The notes: generated from the sequence alone by a model not told the origin. 39,667 nt of DNA from Candidatus Nealsonbacteria bacterium CG07_land_8_20_14_0_80_39_13 (GCA_002779355.1 PEWS01000027.1:1-39667); one strand, 5' to 3'. Counted from the stretch's first letter, positions 9,140 to 19,160 are shown. Numbers and translations: made by a program.

Positions 9140-9158
9140 CTGCAGGCGCGCCCTGCAG
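9140..9158. repeat. GC-rich REP-like hairpin
   Basis: CTGCAGG-CGCGC-CCTGCAG in an AT-rich intergenic region. Confidence 0.5.
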
Positions 9159-9236
9159 ATTTGTCTATGAAATCAGCGGATTTGACTGGGGATGTTTGAA
9201 AGTGTAAAATGAAAATATCAGATTAAATTTACTTCT

Positions 9237-10703
9237 ATGGCGCTGAAGAAGAAAAAAACGAAAAAAATAAATAAAAAAACAAAACCAATCTTCGCTAAGG
9301 CGATGACCAAGAAAAGGCCCGCCCTTATTAAGGTTGTAGAGGCGCAGCCGATTGACGAGAAAGGAGATTTTCTGAAGAAGGTCAAAATAAGGATAATCGG
9401 CATCGGCGGAGGCGGAGGGACAATTGTTTCAGAAATTGTTCCTAAGGTTGAAAAGGTGAGTTTTGTTATTGCCAATACCGATCGCCAGGCGCTGAAAGTG
9501 GCCAGTAATAAAGCTATTCATTTCCAATTCGGAGAGAGTTTAACAAGGGGTTTGGGGACAGGCATGAACGCCGGACTAGGAGAGGAAGTGGCTCTGCAGG
9601 AAAAGGATAAAATAGAAAAATTATTGCAGGGACAGGATTTGTGCATAATTATTTCTTGTTTGGGCGGAGGCGCCGGTTCAGGCGCAGCTTCTGTCTTTGC
9701 CCAAATTTCTAAAAATTTAGGGAACTTAACTTACGGAATATTTACTTTGCCTTTTAAATTTGAAGGAGAGAGAAAAATGGAAATTGCCAAAGAAGCCTTG
9801 AAGAAAATAAAACCGAAATTGAACGCCATTTCAATTATTCCTAACGAAAGAATTTTCCAAATTATTGACAGAAACACTCCCTTAAAGTCAGCTTTATCGG
9901 CAATAAATGAAAAATTAGCCGATAACTTGGAAGATCTCGTGGAAATTATTTATGAACCGGGGCTTATTAATATTGATTTTGCCGATTTGAGAACTGCTTT
10001 AAGCGGAGATAGGGGAAAGTTGACTTATTTGAATACAATTAAGATTAAAAGAAGCGAGAACGCTGTTCAGGAGGCGATTGAGAAAGTTTTAAATTCTCCG
10101 CTCTATTCCTACGGAATTAAAGGGGCTAAGGGAGTTTTGCTTAATATCGCCGGAGAAGATAATTTAAGCATAGAAGAGGTTAATCAAATTTCAGAAACAG
10201 TTTCCTGTCTTTTGAATAAAGATGCGAAAATTGTTTTCGGGATTTCTCAAGGGAAAAAATATGCTGACGCTATAAAAACAACTTTGCTTGCCGTCGGTTG
10301 CGGGGCAAAAATTTTCTCTGAAGAAAAGGAGGCTAAGAATGACAATGAGGAGGGAAAACCGAAGAAAATACAGAAAATAAAAAAAAGAAAAATTAAAAGA
10401 AAAATTAAAACAGAAAAAGCAAAAGTTCCCAGAAAAAAGAATATTTCTAAGAAAAAAAAGAAGAGAGTTTCTCAAGAGAAAGCTACGGATAAAAAAGAAG
10501 AAAAAACAGAAGGTATTCAAAATCCGGTTGAGGTAAGCGAGGAGGGGAAATACCCGCCCGTTCAGGAATCAAAGCCTATGGAGATCAGCAGGAAAAATGC
10601 TCTTCAAATGAGAAAAGATGCTGAAGATGAAGAAAAAGAAATGATAGAAAAGGAAGAATTTTGGGAAACGCCGGCTTTTTTAAGAAGTAAAAACATCAAA
10701 TAA
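9237..10703 (+). CDS. ftsZ: FtsZ-family tubulin-like GTPase (divergent, with Lys-rich extensions)
   Basis: IGIGGGG, ANTD.QAL, LGGGAGSG, TLPFKFEG, PGLINIDFAD, C-terminal ETPAFLR peptide. Confidence 0.85.
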   Translation: MALKKKKTKKINKKTKPIFAKAMTKKRPALIKVVEAQPIDEKGDFLKKVKIRIIGIGGGGGTIVSEIVPKVEKVSFVIANTDRQALKVASNKAIHFQFGESLTRGLGTGMNAGLGEEVALQEKDKIEKLLQGQDLCIIISCLGGGAGSGAASVFAQISKNLGNLTYGIFTLPFKFEGERKMEIAKEALKKIKPKLNAISIIPNERIFQIIDRNTPLKSALSAINEKLADNLEDLVEIIYEPGLINIDFADLRTALSGDRGKLTYLNTIKIKRSENAVQEAIEKVLNSPLYSYGIKGAKGVLLNIAGEDNLSIEEVNQISETVSCLLNKDAKIVFGISQGKKYADAIKTTLLAVGCGAKIFSEEKEAKNDNEEGKPKKIQKIKKRKIKRKIKTEKAKVPRKKNISKKKKKRVSQEKATDKKEEKTEGIQNPVEVSEEGKYPPVQESKPMEISRKNALQMRKDAEDEEKEMIEKEEFWETPAFLRSKNIK

Positions 10704-10713
10704 TTTTAAACAT

Positions 10714-11595
10714 ATGGAAGAAGAAATAAAAGAAATATTAAAGGGAATTTATAAAGAAAGGCCAAAAGGGACATATTTCAGAAAATATGATTTTGGTATG
10801 GTTTTGGTTATCGGCGGAGGTAATTTTTATTCAGGGTCGCCGGCTTTATCGGCTATGGCAGCTTTGGAAACCGGAGCGGATATGACCAGGATCATTGCTC
10901 CAAAGAGAGCGGCTGATATTATCGCCGGTTTCTCGCCTGACTTGGCCGCTTACCCCTTGAAAGGGGATTATATTTCCAAATGCCATTTGACTGACTTGAT
11001 TTCAATGACTGAATCAGCCAAGGCTGTGTCAAGAGGAAACTTGTCAGTGGTCATCGGCGGAGGCATGGGCAGATCGCCGGAAACACAGGAAACAATCCTT
11101 GAATACATTTCAAAAGTTGACGTTCCGATGGTTATTGATGCTGACGCCATTTACGCCCTGAACAGCAAGCCGGAAGGAGTTAAATTAATAGCTGGAAAAG
11201 ATTTTTTGATCACGCCTCATAAGTACGAGTTTTTTGTATTAACAGGAAAAGATATTGAAGGTATTTCCCATGCCGATAAAGTGGAAGTTGTCAGGGAAGA
11301 AGCCGGTCGTCTCAAAACCAACATACTTCTCAAGGAAAGTCCGGATATAATTTCCAACGGGAAAGATGTTCTTTTGAATAAAGTCGGCAGTCCCTATATG
11401 AGCGTTGGCGGAACAGGAGATTCTTTAGCCGGAATTTGTGGCGCTTTGATGGCTAGAAGAATAAATCCTTTCAAGGCTGCTCAAATTGCTACTTATATCA
11501 ATGGCCGAGCCGGAGAAATCGCAGCTGAACGCAGAAAAGACAGCTTGAAAGCGACTGACGTCATATCCACCATCAACCAAGCCATCTTCTCGTAA
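10714..11595 (+). CDS. nnrD: NAD(P)H-hydrate dehydratase (YjeF C-terminal family)
   Basis: VLVIGG..YSGSP, IDADA, ITPH..EF, GGTGD.LAG. Confidence 0.9.
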   Translation: MEEEIKEILKGIYKERPKGTYFRKYDFGMVLVIGGGNFYSGSPALSAMAALETGADMTRIIAPKRAADIIAGFSPDLAAYPLKGDYISKCHLTDLISMTESAKAVSRGNLSVVIGGGMGRSPETQETILEYISKVDVPMVIDADAIYALNSKPEGVKLIAGKDFLITPHKYEFFVLTGKDIEGISHADKVEVVREEAGRLKTNILLKESPDIISNGKDVLLNKVGSPYMSVGGTGDSLAGICGALMARRINPFKAAQIATYINGRAGEIAAERRKDSLKATDVISTINQAIFS

Positions 11596-11641
11596 TTTTC
11601 AATTTTTAATTTTCAATGAATTTTCAATTTTCCAATTTTCA
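11594..11641. repeat. Heptamer (AATTTTC-type) tandem repeat
   Basis: AATTTTC AATTTTT AATTTTC AATG AATTTTC AATTTTCC AATTTTC. Confidence 0.7.
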
Positions 11642-11654
11642 AAAAATAATATCA

Positions 11655-11809
11655 ATGCCAATTGGGATTTTGATTTTTTCAGGGATTTTTTTAATGACGA
11701 ATTGTGTTTATGCGGGCATGGATCATGGCTTGACGTGCCGGATATTAATTCCATAGAAGAACCAAAAATCCTCGATCAAATAATTTCCACTTTTAAGTTT
11801 TTGAAGTAA
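11655..11809 (+). pseudogene. Remnant of a secreted protein gene
   Basis: Signal-peptide-like MPIGILIFSGIFLMTNCVYA in one frame and C-terminal-like ILDQIISTFKFLK* in another. Confidence 0.4.
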
Positions 11810-11847
11810 AAATTGAATTTTGGTGAAAAATTTGATAATATTAAAAT

Positions 11848-12063
11848 ATGAATCGAATCGCATATAATAAGAAAATACTTGGTGGCAAACCTATTATTAA
11901 GGGAACAAGGATTTCCATTGAATTTATATTGGAACTTTTAGCATCGGGAATGGAACCGGAGCAAATTATAAAAGAATATCCTTCCCTTAAAAAGCAAGAT
12001 ATTTTAGCTGTTCTTGAGTATGCAGCCATAACCGTAAAAAGAGAAGAGTTTATCTTCGCTTAA
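11848..12063 (+). CDS. DUF433 family antitoxin-like protein
   Basis: ILGGKPIIKGTRI.IE.ILE.LA.G...EQI..EYP.L...DI.A.LEYA. Confidence 0.9.
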   Translation: MNRIAYNKKILGGKPIIKGTRISIEFILELLASGMEPEQIIKEYPSLKKQDILAVLEYAAITVKREEFIFA

Positions 12064-12066
12064 TTT

Positions 12067-12426
12067 ATGGGTATTATGAAATTTTTAGCTGATGAAAATA
12101 TAGCGCCTCGCGTAGTTTTAGTTTTAAGGGAAAACGGGTTTAATGTAACGAGTATTTGCGAAGAGAAATTTTCCGGCGCTTCAGATGAAAAAATTCTTAA
12201 ATTAGCTCAAAAACAAAAGAGGATTATTCTAACCCACGATAAAGATTTCGGCGATTTAATCCACCAACCATTTCAGCCTCCTTGTGGGGTAATCTTATTA
12301 AGATTGAGAAATCAATCGCCGGACAGCGTTATAAATCATTTAATTCCTTTTTTAGGGAAAATTGGTCTGGAAAAAATTAAAAACAGGCTAGTTATCCTAT
12401 GTGAAGGAAAGATAAGAATAATCTAA
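12067..12426 (+). CDS. DUF5615 PIN-like toxin
   Basis: KFLADENI, D..IL..A....RIILTHDKDFG, GVILLR; follows DUF433. Confidence 0.88.
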   Translation: MGIMKFLADENIAPRVVLVLRENGFNVTSICEEKFSGASDEKILKLAQKQKRIILTHDKDFGDLIHQPFQPPCGVILLRLRNQSPDSVINHLIPFLGKIGLEKIKNRLVILCEGKIRII

Positions 12427-12502
12427 AACAACATGAGGCCAGATGCTTTCTACGTTTAAATTTATTAAAAATTAAAAATTAAAAATTAAAAATTTTACGA
12501 AT

Positions 12503-13423
12503 ATGTACGATATTATAATTATTGGGGGAGGGCCGGCGGGAATAAACGCCGGAATATACGCAGCCAGATACAGATTAAAAACGCTTTTGATAACGGAAAA
12601 TTTCGGCGGACAGATAGTCTGGAAATCAGTTGATATAGAAAATTATCTCGGTTTTGGAAAAATTTCCAGTCCGGATTTAATTAAGAAATTCAGAGAACAT
12701 CTGAAGAATTTTGAAGTAGAAATTATGGAAGGCGATTCAGTAATAGGTGTTTCTAAGGGGGAAGCAGGGTTCCTTGTTAAAACGAAGAGCGGAAAGGATT
12801 TTGAAGGGAAAACAGCTATCGTCGCTTCAGGGGCAAGTCCTCGTCATTTGAATGTCGCCGGAGAAAAAGAATTTATCGGCAGAGGCGTGAGTTATTGCGC
12901 TACTTGCGATGCTGCTATGTTCAAAAATAAATCTGTTGCCGTAATCGGCGGAGGCAATGCCGGATTTGAAGCGGCTTTAGCTTTAAGCAAGTGGGCTGAC
13001 AAAATCTATATTTTGGAATTCGCTCCGACAATGCCGGCTGATGAAGCCAATAAATCAATGGCTGCTGAAACCGGGAAAATAGAGTTGATTGCCGGCGTCG
13101 CCTTGAAAGAAATTAAAGGAGCTCAATTTGTAAGTTCCATAAATTACGAAGACAGGGTTTCCAAGGAAATTAAAAGCCTTAACGTAGAAGGAGTTTTTAT
13201 TGAAATAGGGCATCAGCCGGCTAATGTTTTTGTTAAGGACTTGGTTGAATTCAATGAAAAAAGCGAGATAAAAGTTGACGATAATTTTATGTCTAAAACG
13301 CCGGGTTTTTTTGCCGCCGGGGACGTTAACAATACAAAATACAAGCAGATTATAGTCGCCGCCAGCGAGGGCGCTCAGGCGGCCTTATCGGCCTACGAAT
13401 ACCTCAGAACATATGGAAAATAA
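12503..13423 (+). CDS. trxB: Thioredoxin reductase
   Basis: IIGGGPAG, GRGVSYCATCD, VIGGGN, FAAGDV. Confidence 0.9.
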   Translation: MYDIIIIGGGPAGINAGIYAARYRLKTLLITENFGGQIVWKSVDIENYLGFGKISSPDLIKKFREHLKNFEVEIMEGDSVIGVSKGEAGFLVKTKSGKDFEGKTAIVASGASPRHLNVAGEKEFIGRGVSYCATCDAAMFKNKSVAVIGGGNAGFEAALALSKWADKIYILEFAPTMPADEANKSMAAETGKIELIAGVALKEIKGAQFVSSINYEDRVSKEIKSLNVEGVFIEIGHQPANVFVKDLVEFNEKSEIKVDDNFMSKTPGFFAAGDVNNTKYKQIIVAASEGAQAALSAYEYLRTYGK

Positions 13424-14669
13424 TAAAATTAAATCAATAAGGGCGAGAGAAATTTTGGATTCAAGGGGAAATCCGACAGTTGAAGTTGAATTGAAAACCA
13501 AGCTCGGCTGTTTTTACGCTTCGGTTCCGTCGGGCGCGTCAACAGGGGAATGCGAGGCAGTTGAATTAAGGGACGGCGGAGAAAGATATGGCGGGAAAGG
13601 AGTTTTGAAAGCTCTAAAAAACATCAACGAAATTATTGCCCCTAAACTTAAAGGGAAAAGCGTTTTAGAACAGAAAAAAATAGATGATATAATGATTAAG
13701 CTGGATGGCACGGAGAATAAATCAAAATTAGGCGCTAATGCTATTTTGCCGGTTTCAATGGCGGTTTGCCGAGCCGGCGCTGCCACAAGCAACATTCCCC
13801 TGTATAAATATATCAACAAAATTCAAAATTCAAAATTCAAAATTCAAAATTTCAGAGCGCCTTCTCCTTGTTTTAATATCATTAATGGAGGAGCGCATTC
13901 CAGCAGCAATCTGGATATTCAGGAATTTATGATCATTCCTCAGGGGAATAATTTTGCGGAAAATCTTCAAATTTCAACGGAAATTTATCATAATTTGGAA
14001 TCTATTTTTGAGAAAAAATTTGGCGCCGGGTCCGTGAGTCTGGGAGACGAGGGAGGGTTCAGTTCAATGACCCTTGGCGTTGAAGATGCTCTGGATATTA
14101 TAATGAAGGCTGTAAATCACAAGAAATACGGAGAAAAAATAAAATTGGGCCTGGATTGCGCCGCCAATCATTTTAAAAAGAAAAATTCCAGCCAATACTT
14201 TTTGGAAAATAGAGAGCTTTCATCAGAAAGTTTAATGAATTTTTATCAGGATCTTGTTGATGAATATCCGATTATATTTTTGGAAGATCCATTTGCCGAA
14301 AAAGACTTTAACGGTTTCAAGGAAATTCAGCGGCTATTGAGAGAAAAAATATTGATTATCGGCGATGATTTGATATGCACTAATCCTAAAATGATCAGAA
14401 AAGCGAAAGAAGAGAATTTATGCAATGGGATGATTGTAAAAATGAATCAAATAGGAACAATTTCAGAAACATTAGAGGCAGCGGCCTTGGCTAAGTCGTT
14501 CAGCTGGAAACTCATCACTTCTCACCGGTCAGGCGACACCTGCGATGATTTTATCGCTGATTTAGCAGTGGGAATTGGTAGCGACTTTATAAAATCCGGC
14601 GCTCCGGCCCGCGGTGAACGCGTGGCAAAATACAATCGCTTGTTGAAAATCGAGCAAGAACTTAATTAG
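13413..14669 (+). CDS. eno: Enolase
   Basis: REILDSRGNPTVEVE, VPSGASTG, GDEGGF, SHRSG, RGERVAKYNRLL. Confidence 0.96.
   Translation: MENNKIKSIRAREILDSRGNPTVEVELKTKLGCFYASVPSGASTGECEAVELRDGGERYGGKGVLKALKNINEIIAPKLKGKSVLEQKKIDDIMIKLDGTENKSKLGANAILPVSMAVCRAGAATSNIPLYKYINKIQNSKFKIQNFRAPSPCFNIINGGAHSSSNLDIQEFMIIPQGNNFAENLQISTEIYHNLESIFEKKFGAGSVSLGDEGGFSSMTLGVEDALDIIMKAVNHKKYGEKIKLGLDCAANHFKKKNSSQYFLENRELSSESLMNFYQDLVDEYPIIFLEDPFAEKDFNGFKEIQRLLREKILIIGDDLICTNPKMIRKAKEENLCNGMIVKMNQIGTISETLEAAALAKSFSWKLITSHRSGDTCDDFIADLAVGIGSDFIKSGAPARGERVAKYNRLLKIEQELN
13817..13851 (+). repeat. (CAAAATT)5 inside eno
   Basis: Five perfect heptamers encoding KIQNSKFKIQNF. Confidence 0.9.
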
Positions 14670-14722
14670 TTTTTTGTAAAATAAAATGACAATTATTGAC
14701 GAAATTGTTATTGAAGTCATAT

Positions 14723-14743
14723 TGTTGATGTCAGACGTCAATA
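14723..14743. repeat. REP-like palindrome upstream of the RAYT gene
   Basis: TGTTGATGTC-A-GACGTCAATA; 19/21 identical to the reverse complement of 22971-22991. Confidence 0.7.
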
Positions 14744-14762
14744 TAAAATTTTCATATAAATC

Positions 14763-15455
14763 ATGCCCTACAGAAAAGAACAGTTTATCAATGAAGAGAT
14801 TTATCATATTGTTATAAGGGGAATTGACGAAAACTTAATTTTTAAGAATATAGACGATTATTATCGCGGCATTTTTTCCATATACGAATTTAATACAATA
14901 AAACAGGTAACTATAAGGGAGCGTCGCAGTATTCGCGCTAAAATAAAAGCCGAAATGAAAACTAACAGAGACCCGATCTCTGTAACCGATTCGAGGGAAA
15001 AATTAGTGGAGATTTTATGTTTTTGCTTTATGCCAAACCACATGCATTTGCTTTTAAGGCAAATTAAAGACAATGGCATTAGTAAATTCATGGCCAAATT
15101 TGGTATTGGATACGGAGGATATTTTAATAGGAAATATAGCAGAAAGGGGTATGTTTTTCAGCAAAGATTTTTCGCTGTTCGTGTAAAAACCCAAAAACAA
15201 TTTGAAACAGTTTTTGTTTATATCCATGCCAATCCAGTATCATTAATTGAGCCGAAATGGAAAGAAAAGGGAATCAAAAATCCAAGAAAGGTAATTAATT
15301 TTTTAGAAAATTATAAATGGTCAAGCTATCAAGACTATGTTGGTAAAAAGAATTTTCCTTCCGTTACGGATAGAGAATTTATGTCAAAGACCATGGGTGA
15401 TGAGGAGGGATGTAGAGAAATTATTAAAAATTGGATAGAATATAAAGAAGAATAA
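14763..15455 (+). mobile_element. REP-associated tyrosine transposase (RAYT, Y1/HUH superfamily)
   Basis: YHIVIRG, CFMPNHMHLL (HUH), GYVFQQRF, YIHANP, YKWSSY. Confidence 0.88.
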
Positions 15456-15476
15456 TTACAGAGATCGGGTCTCTGT
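15456..15476. repeat. REP-like hairpin; exact inverted copy of 14965-14985 inside the RAYT gene
   Basis: TTACAGAGA-TCGGG-TCTCTGT versus ACAGAGA-CCCGA-TCTCTGTAA. Confidence 0.85.
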
Positions 15477-15537
15477 AGGGTCTTTGTACGATGGGCGGAA
15501 ATTAGAAATCGGAAATTAGAAATTAAAAGGTTTTTTT

Positions 15538-16758
15538 ATGAAAATAATATTGATACTTATTGATGGTTTAGGAGATGAACCGATTCCCGCTTTGGGGAAC
15601 AAGACTCCGCTTGAGGTGGCTGAAACGCCGAATTTGGATTTTATGGCAAAAAACGGCCGATGTGGTTTGGTTAAGACATTTAGATTTCCGGAAGAAAATG
15701 AGCCGACTTCAGAGGGAGCGCACATTGCTTTGTTTGGTTACGAAGATAACTTTCTCGGCAGGGGCGCTTACGAAGCAATGGGTATTGGGATTAAATTAAA
15801 AAAGACAGATGTTGCCTTAAGGGTGAATTTCGCTTTTGTTTTTCAGGAAGAAGAAAGCGGGCTAACTATCGTTGACCGAAGGGCCGGTCGGATAGAAAAA
15901 ACCCAGCCACTGATTAAAGCTCTTTCCGGAATTAAAATTCAAGGGATAACATTCTTACTGAAAAAGGCCTTTGGACACAGGGCAGTTTTAGTAATGAGGG
16001 GAAAAGGTTTGTCGAAAAATATTTCCGACGGCGATTCTCATGCGGAAAATGGCCTTGTAAAAAATATTCTTCCCTTAGACGATTCGAAAGAGGCGAAATT
16101 TACAGCCGAGGTTTTGAATCAATTCCTTGCCCAGTCCCATCAGATTCTGGAAAATAGCGTTTTTAATAAAAAAAGGGGAAAGAACGGACTTTTGCCGGCC
16201 AATTTTCTTTTGATTAGAAGAGCCGGACAGATTGGGGACATTGTAAGTTTTAAGAATAAATATGGATTGAGGTCAGGTTTTGTCGCAGGAGGAGGACTTT
16301 ATAAGGGCATGGCAAGGATTTTAGGAATGAAGGAAATAAAGGTTAAAGGCGCCACCGGATTTTATAATACCAATCTTAAAGGAAAAATTTCAGCCGTTAA
16401 GAAAAATATTAATAATTTTAATTTCATTTTTTGCCATATAAAAGCGACTGATACTTTCGCTCACGACGGAGATTTTCAAGGAAAAAAAGATTTTATAGAA
16501 AAGATAGATAAAAATTTGAAACCGCTTTTGAATTTAAAGAATACTTTAATTGTTGTCACCGGAGATCATTCTACCTGTTCTTTAGAGAAAGATCATTGCT
16601 GTTTGCCTGTTCCAATTTTTGTTTATGGCGAAGAAAAAGATTTGATAAATAAGTTTTCAGAGAGAGATTGCTTGAAGGGGAGTCTGGGGACAATTAAGCA
16701 GGAAGATTTTATGCAAATTATTTTGAATTATGCTAAAATAAACAATAATAAACAATAA
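15538..16758 (+). CDS. apgM: Cofactor-independent phosphoglycerate mutase, ApgM (archaeal-type) family
   Basis: IDGLGDEP...GNKTPLE.A.TPNLD, GRGAYEAMG, DRRAGR, HIKATD..AHDG, TGDHST. Confidence 0.9.
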   Translation: MKIILILIDGLGDEPIPALGNKTPLEVAETPNLDFMAKNGRCGLVKTFRFPEENEPTSEGAHIALFGYEDNFLGRGAYEAMGIGIKLKKTDVALRVNFAFVFQEEESGLTIVDRRAGRIEKTQPLIKALSGIKIQGITFLLKKAFGHRAVLVMRGKGLSKNISDGDSHAENGLVKNILPLDDSKEAKFTAEVLNQFLAQSHQILENSVFNKKRGKNGLLPANFLLIRRAGQIGDIVSFKNKYGLRSGFVAGGGLYKGMARILGMKEIKVKGATGFYNTNLKGKISAVKKNINNFNFIFCHIKATDTFAHDGDFQGKKDFIEKIDKNLKPLLNLKNTLIVVTGDHSTCSLEKDHCCLPVPIFVYGEEKDLINKFSERDCLKGSLGTIKQEDFMQIILNYAKINNNKQ

Positions 16759-16791
16759 TCAATAAACAATAACTAATAACTAATAAAAAAT

Positions 16792-17865
16792 ATGATGTTG
16801 AAGATGCCGTCAAAAAAAATACTTGTTTTATCGGCCGTACATGTTGTTGCGATTATCGTTATCGCCGTAATTTCCATAGGAGGAGCTTATTTGTATTTGG
16901 ACAAAAATAAAAAAATTGACCATCGTGGAGAGACTATGATTTCCGGACAGGAAGCGGCCGGGAAAGCAGTCAGTTTTATTAAAGAAACCTATTTTAAAGT
17001 TGACGGAGTGGATGTCTCCTTAGTTAGTGTTTCCGAAGACGGGGATTTATATAAATTCAAATTTGAAGTAAAACAAGGAGAACAGAAGCAGGAATACGAT
17101 TCTTATGTAAGCAAGGACGGGAAGTTTGTTTTTCCCGAGAGAATTGATTTGGTTGAGGCAACCGCTATGGGCGCCATGGAAGATATTGAAAAGAAGGACA
17201 AGCCGGAAGTTAAACTTTTCGTAATGGCTTATTGTCCTTATGGGTTGCAGGCGCAAAAAGCGCTCTTACCGGTTATGGGTTTATTGAAAGATAAGGCGGA
17301 CATAGGCGTATATTTTGTTGACTACATCATGCATGAAAAAAAAGAAATTGATGAGAACTTGAGGCAGTATTGCATCCAGAAAGATCAAAAAGATAAATAC
17401 ATTAATTATTTGAGCTGTTTTACCACTTCGGCCAGTGGCGACTATAAAGGGTGTCTTTCTAAAGCCGGAATTGATGAAGCGAAAATGAAATCTTGCATTT
17501 CAGAGACTGATTCAGCTTATAAGGTTACCGCAAATTATAACGATAAAAAAACATGGTCAAATGGGCAATTCCCGACATTTAATGTTCAAAAAGATCTTAA
17601 TGATGAATATGAAATTGGCGGTTCTCCGTCCTTAGTTATAAATGACACCGTTATAGTTTCCGACCAGAAATCTTGTCCGCAGAATGGGGCAAAATGCATA
17701 GTTGCTAACATAAGCAGAACCCCTGAAGAATTTAAAAAAGCTGTCTGCGCGACCTTTGCTTCTTCTCCTTCGGAATGTTCGACGACATTATCCGCTGATG
17801 AGGTTGCGCCGGGATTCGGTTCTGCGACAGGAGCAGGATCTTCAAACGGCGACTGCGGCCAATAA
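16792..17865 (+). CDS. Membrane-anchored thioredoxin/DsbA-fold, Cys-rich protein
   Basis: N-terminal TM, YVSKDGKFVF, LFVMAYCPYG, GGSPSLVIN. Confidence 0.7.
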   Translation: MMLKMPSKKILVLSAVHVVAIIVIAVISIGGAYLYLDKNKKIDHRGETMISGQEAAGKAVSFIKETYFKVDGVDVSLVSVSEDGDLYKFKFEVKQGEQKQEYDSYVSKDGKFVFPERIDLVEATAMGAMEDIEKKDKPEVKLFVMAYCPYGLQAQKALLPVMGLLKDKADIGVYFVDYIMHEKKEIDENLRQYCIQKDQKDKYINYLSCFTTSASGDYKGCLSKAGIDEAKMKSCISETDSAYKVTANYNDKKTWSNGQFPTFNVQKDLNDEYEIGGSPSLVINDTVIVSDQKSCPQNGAKCIVANISRTPEEFKKAVCATFASSPSECSTTLSADEVAPGFGSATGAGSSNGDCGQ

Positions 17866-17896
17866 ATAAAAATATAAAAATCTAAAAACATAAAAA

Positions 17897-18133
17897 ATGA
17901 CGACAAAAGTTTATTCAACTCCGATGTGCCCATACTGCGAAACCCTCAAAATGTTCTTAAGGGACAATGGTATTGAATTTGAAGCAATTGATGTTTCTAA
18001 AGATGATAAGGCCAGAGAAGAAATGGTTGAAAAAACAGGGCAAATGGGAGTTCCTGTAATCAGTATTGATGAGCAATTTATAGTCGGGTTTAATAGAGCA
18101 AAAATAGTTGAGCTATTAGGCATTAAAGATTGA
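17897..18133 (+). CDS. Glutaredoxin/NrdH-like protein
   Basis: YSTPMCPYC, GQMGVPV, IVGF. Confidence 0.9.
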   Translation: MTTKVYSTPMCPYCETLKMFLRDNGIEFEAIDVSKDDKAREEMVEKTGQMGVPVISIDEQFIVGFNRAKIVELLGIKD

Positions 18134-18139
18134 TAATCT

Positions 18140-19153
18140 ATGATAAAAATTGCTATTAATGGTTTTGGGAGAATAGGCAGGGCAACAGCTAAAATTATTT
18201 TAGATAATTACCCCGCTCTTGATTTGGCTGTAATTAATGACCTTACTGATAATAAAACATTAGCTCATCTGCTGAAATATGATTCTGTCTATGGTATTTA
18301 TTCTAAGGAAGTGGATTTCTCAAAAGAAGGCATATCTGTCAAGGGAAAAAATGTAAAAATTACAGCCGAGTCAGATCCGGAAAAGCTTCCATGGAAAAAA
18401 GAGAAAATAGATATTGTTTTGGAATGCACGGGCAGATTTATTGATTACGAAGGAGCAAAGAAACATCTGATTGCCGGCGCTAAGAAGGTTATTATTTCCG
18501 CCCCATCAAAATCCCCTGAAATTAATTCTTTTATATTGGGAGTAAACGAAGAAAAATTTGATTCTAAAAAAGATGAAATTGTTGATATGGGTTCCTGCAC
18601 CACTAATTGTTTGGCTCCTATCGCTAAAATTTTAGACGAAGAATTCGGGATTGAAAGAGGTTTTATAACCACTGTTCATAGCTATACCAATGATCAAAGA
18701 ATATTGGATTTGCCTCATGAGGATTTAAGGCGGGCAAGGGCGGCCGGTTTGAATATAATACCGACCACCACCGGAGCGGCCAAAGCAATAGGCAAGGTTT
18801 TGCCTAATTTAAAAGGAAAATTAGACGGAATTGCTTTAAGAGTTCCTACTCCGACCGTTTCAGTTCTGGATTTGATTTGTCAGGTAAAAAAAGGGACCAC
18901 AATTAGCGAGGTTAATGATATTTTTAAGAAATATTCTCAACAAAAAGAACTTAAGGAGATATTGGCAGTCGAAAATATTCCCTTGGTTTCTTCGGATTAT
19001 ATAGGTAATTCATTTTCGTCTATAATCGATTCGGAATTGATGATGGCTAACGAAAATCTTATCAAGGTTGTCGCTTGGTATGATAATGAGTGGGGATATT
19101 CCTGTCGTTTGGCCGGATTTTCCGATTATATAGCGAAGAAATTAAGAAATTAA
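18140..19153 (+). CDS. gap: Glyceraldehyde-3-phosphate dehydrogenase type I
   Basis: AINGFGRIGR, SCTTNCLAP, RRARAA, IIPTTTGAA, WYDNEWGY. Confidence 0.97.
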   Translation: MIKIAINGFGRIGRATAKIILDNYPALDLAVINDLTDNKTLAHLLKYDSVYGIYSKEVDFSKEGISVKGKNVKITAESDPEKLPWKKEKIDIVLECTGRFIDYEGAKKHLIAGAKKVIISAPSKSPEINSFILGVNEEKFDSKKDEIVDMGSCTTNCLAPIAKILDEEFGIERGFITTVHSYTNDQRILDLPHEDLRRARAAGLNIIPTTTGAAKAIGKVLPNLKGKLDGIALRVPTPTVSVLDLICQVKKGTTISEVNDIFKKYSQQKELKEILAVENIPLVSSDYIGNSFSSIIDSELMMANENLIKVVAWYDNEWGYSCRLAGFSDYIAKKLRN

Positions 19154-19160
19154 AAAAAAT

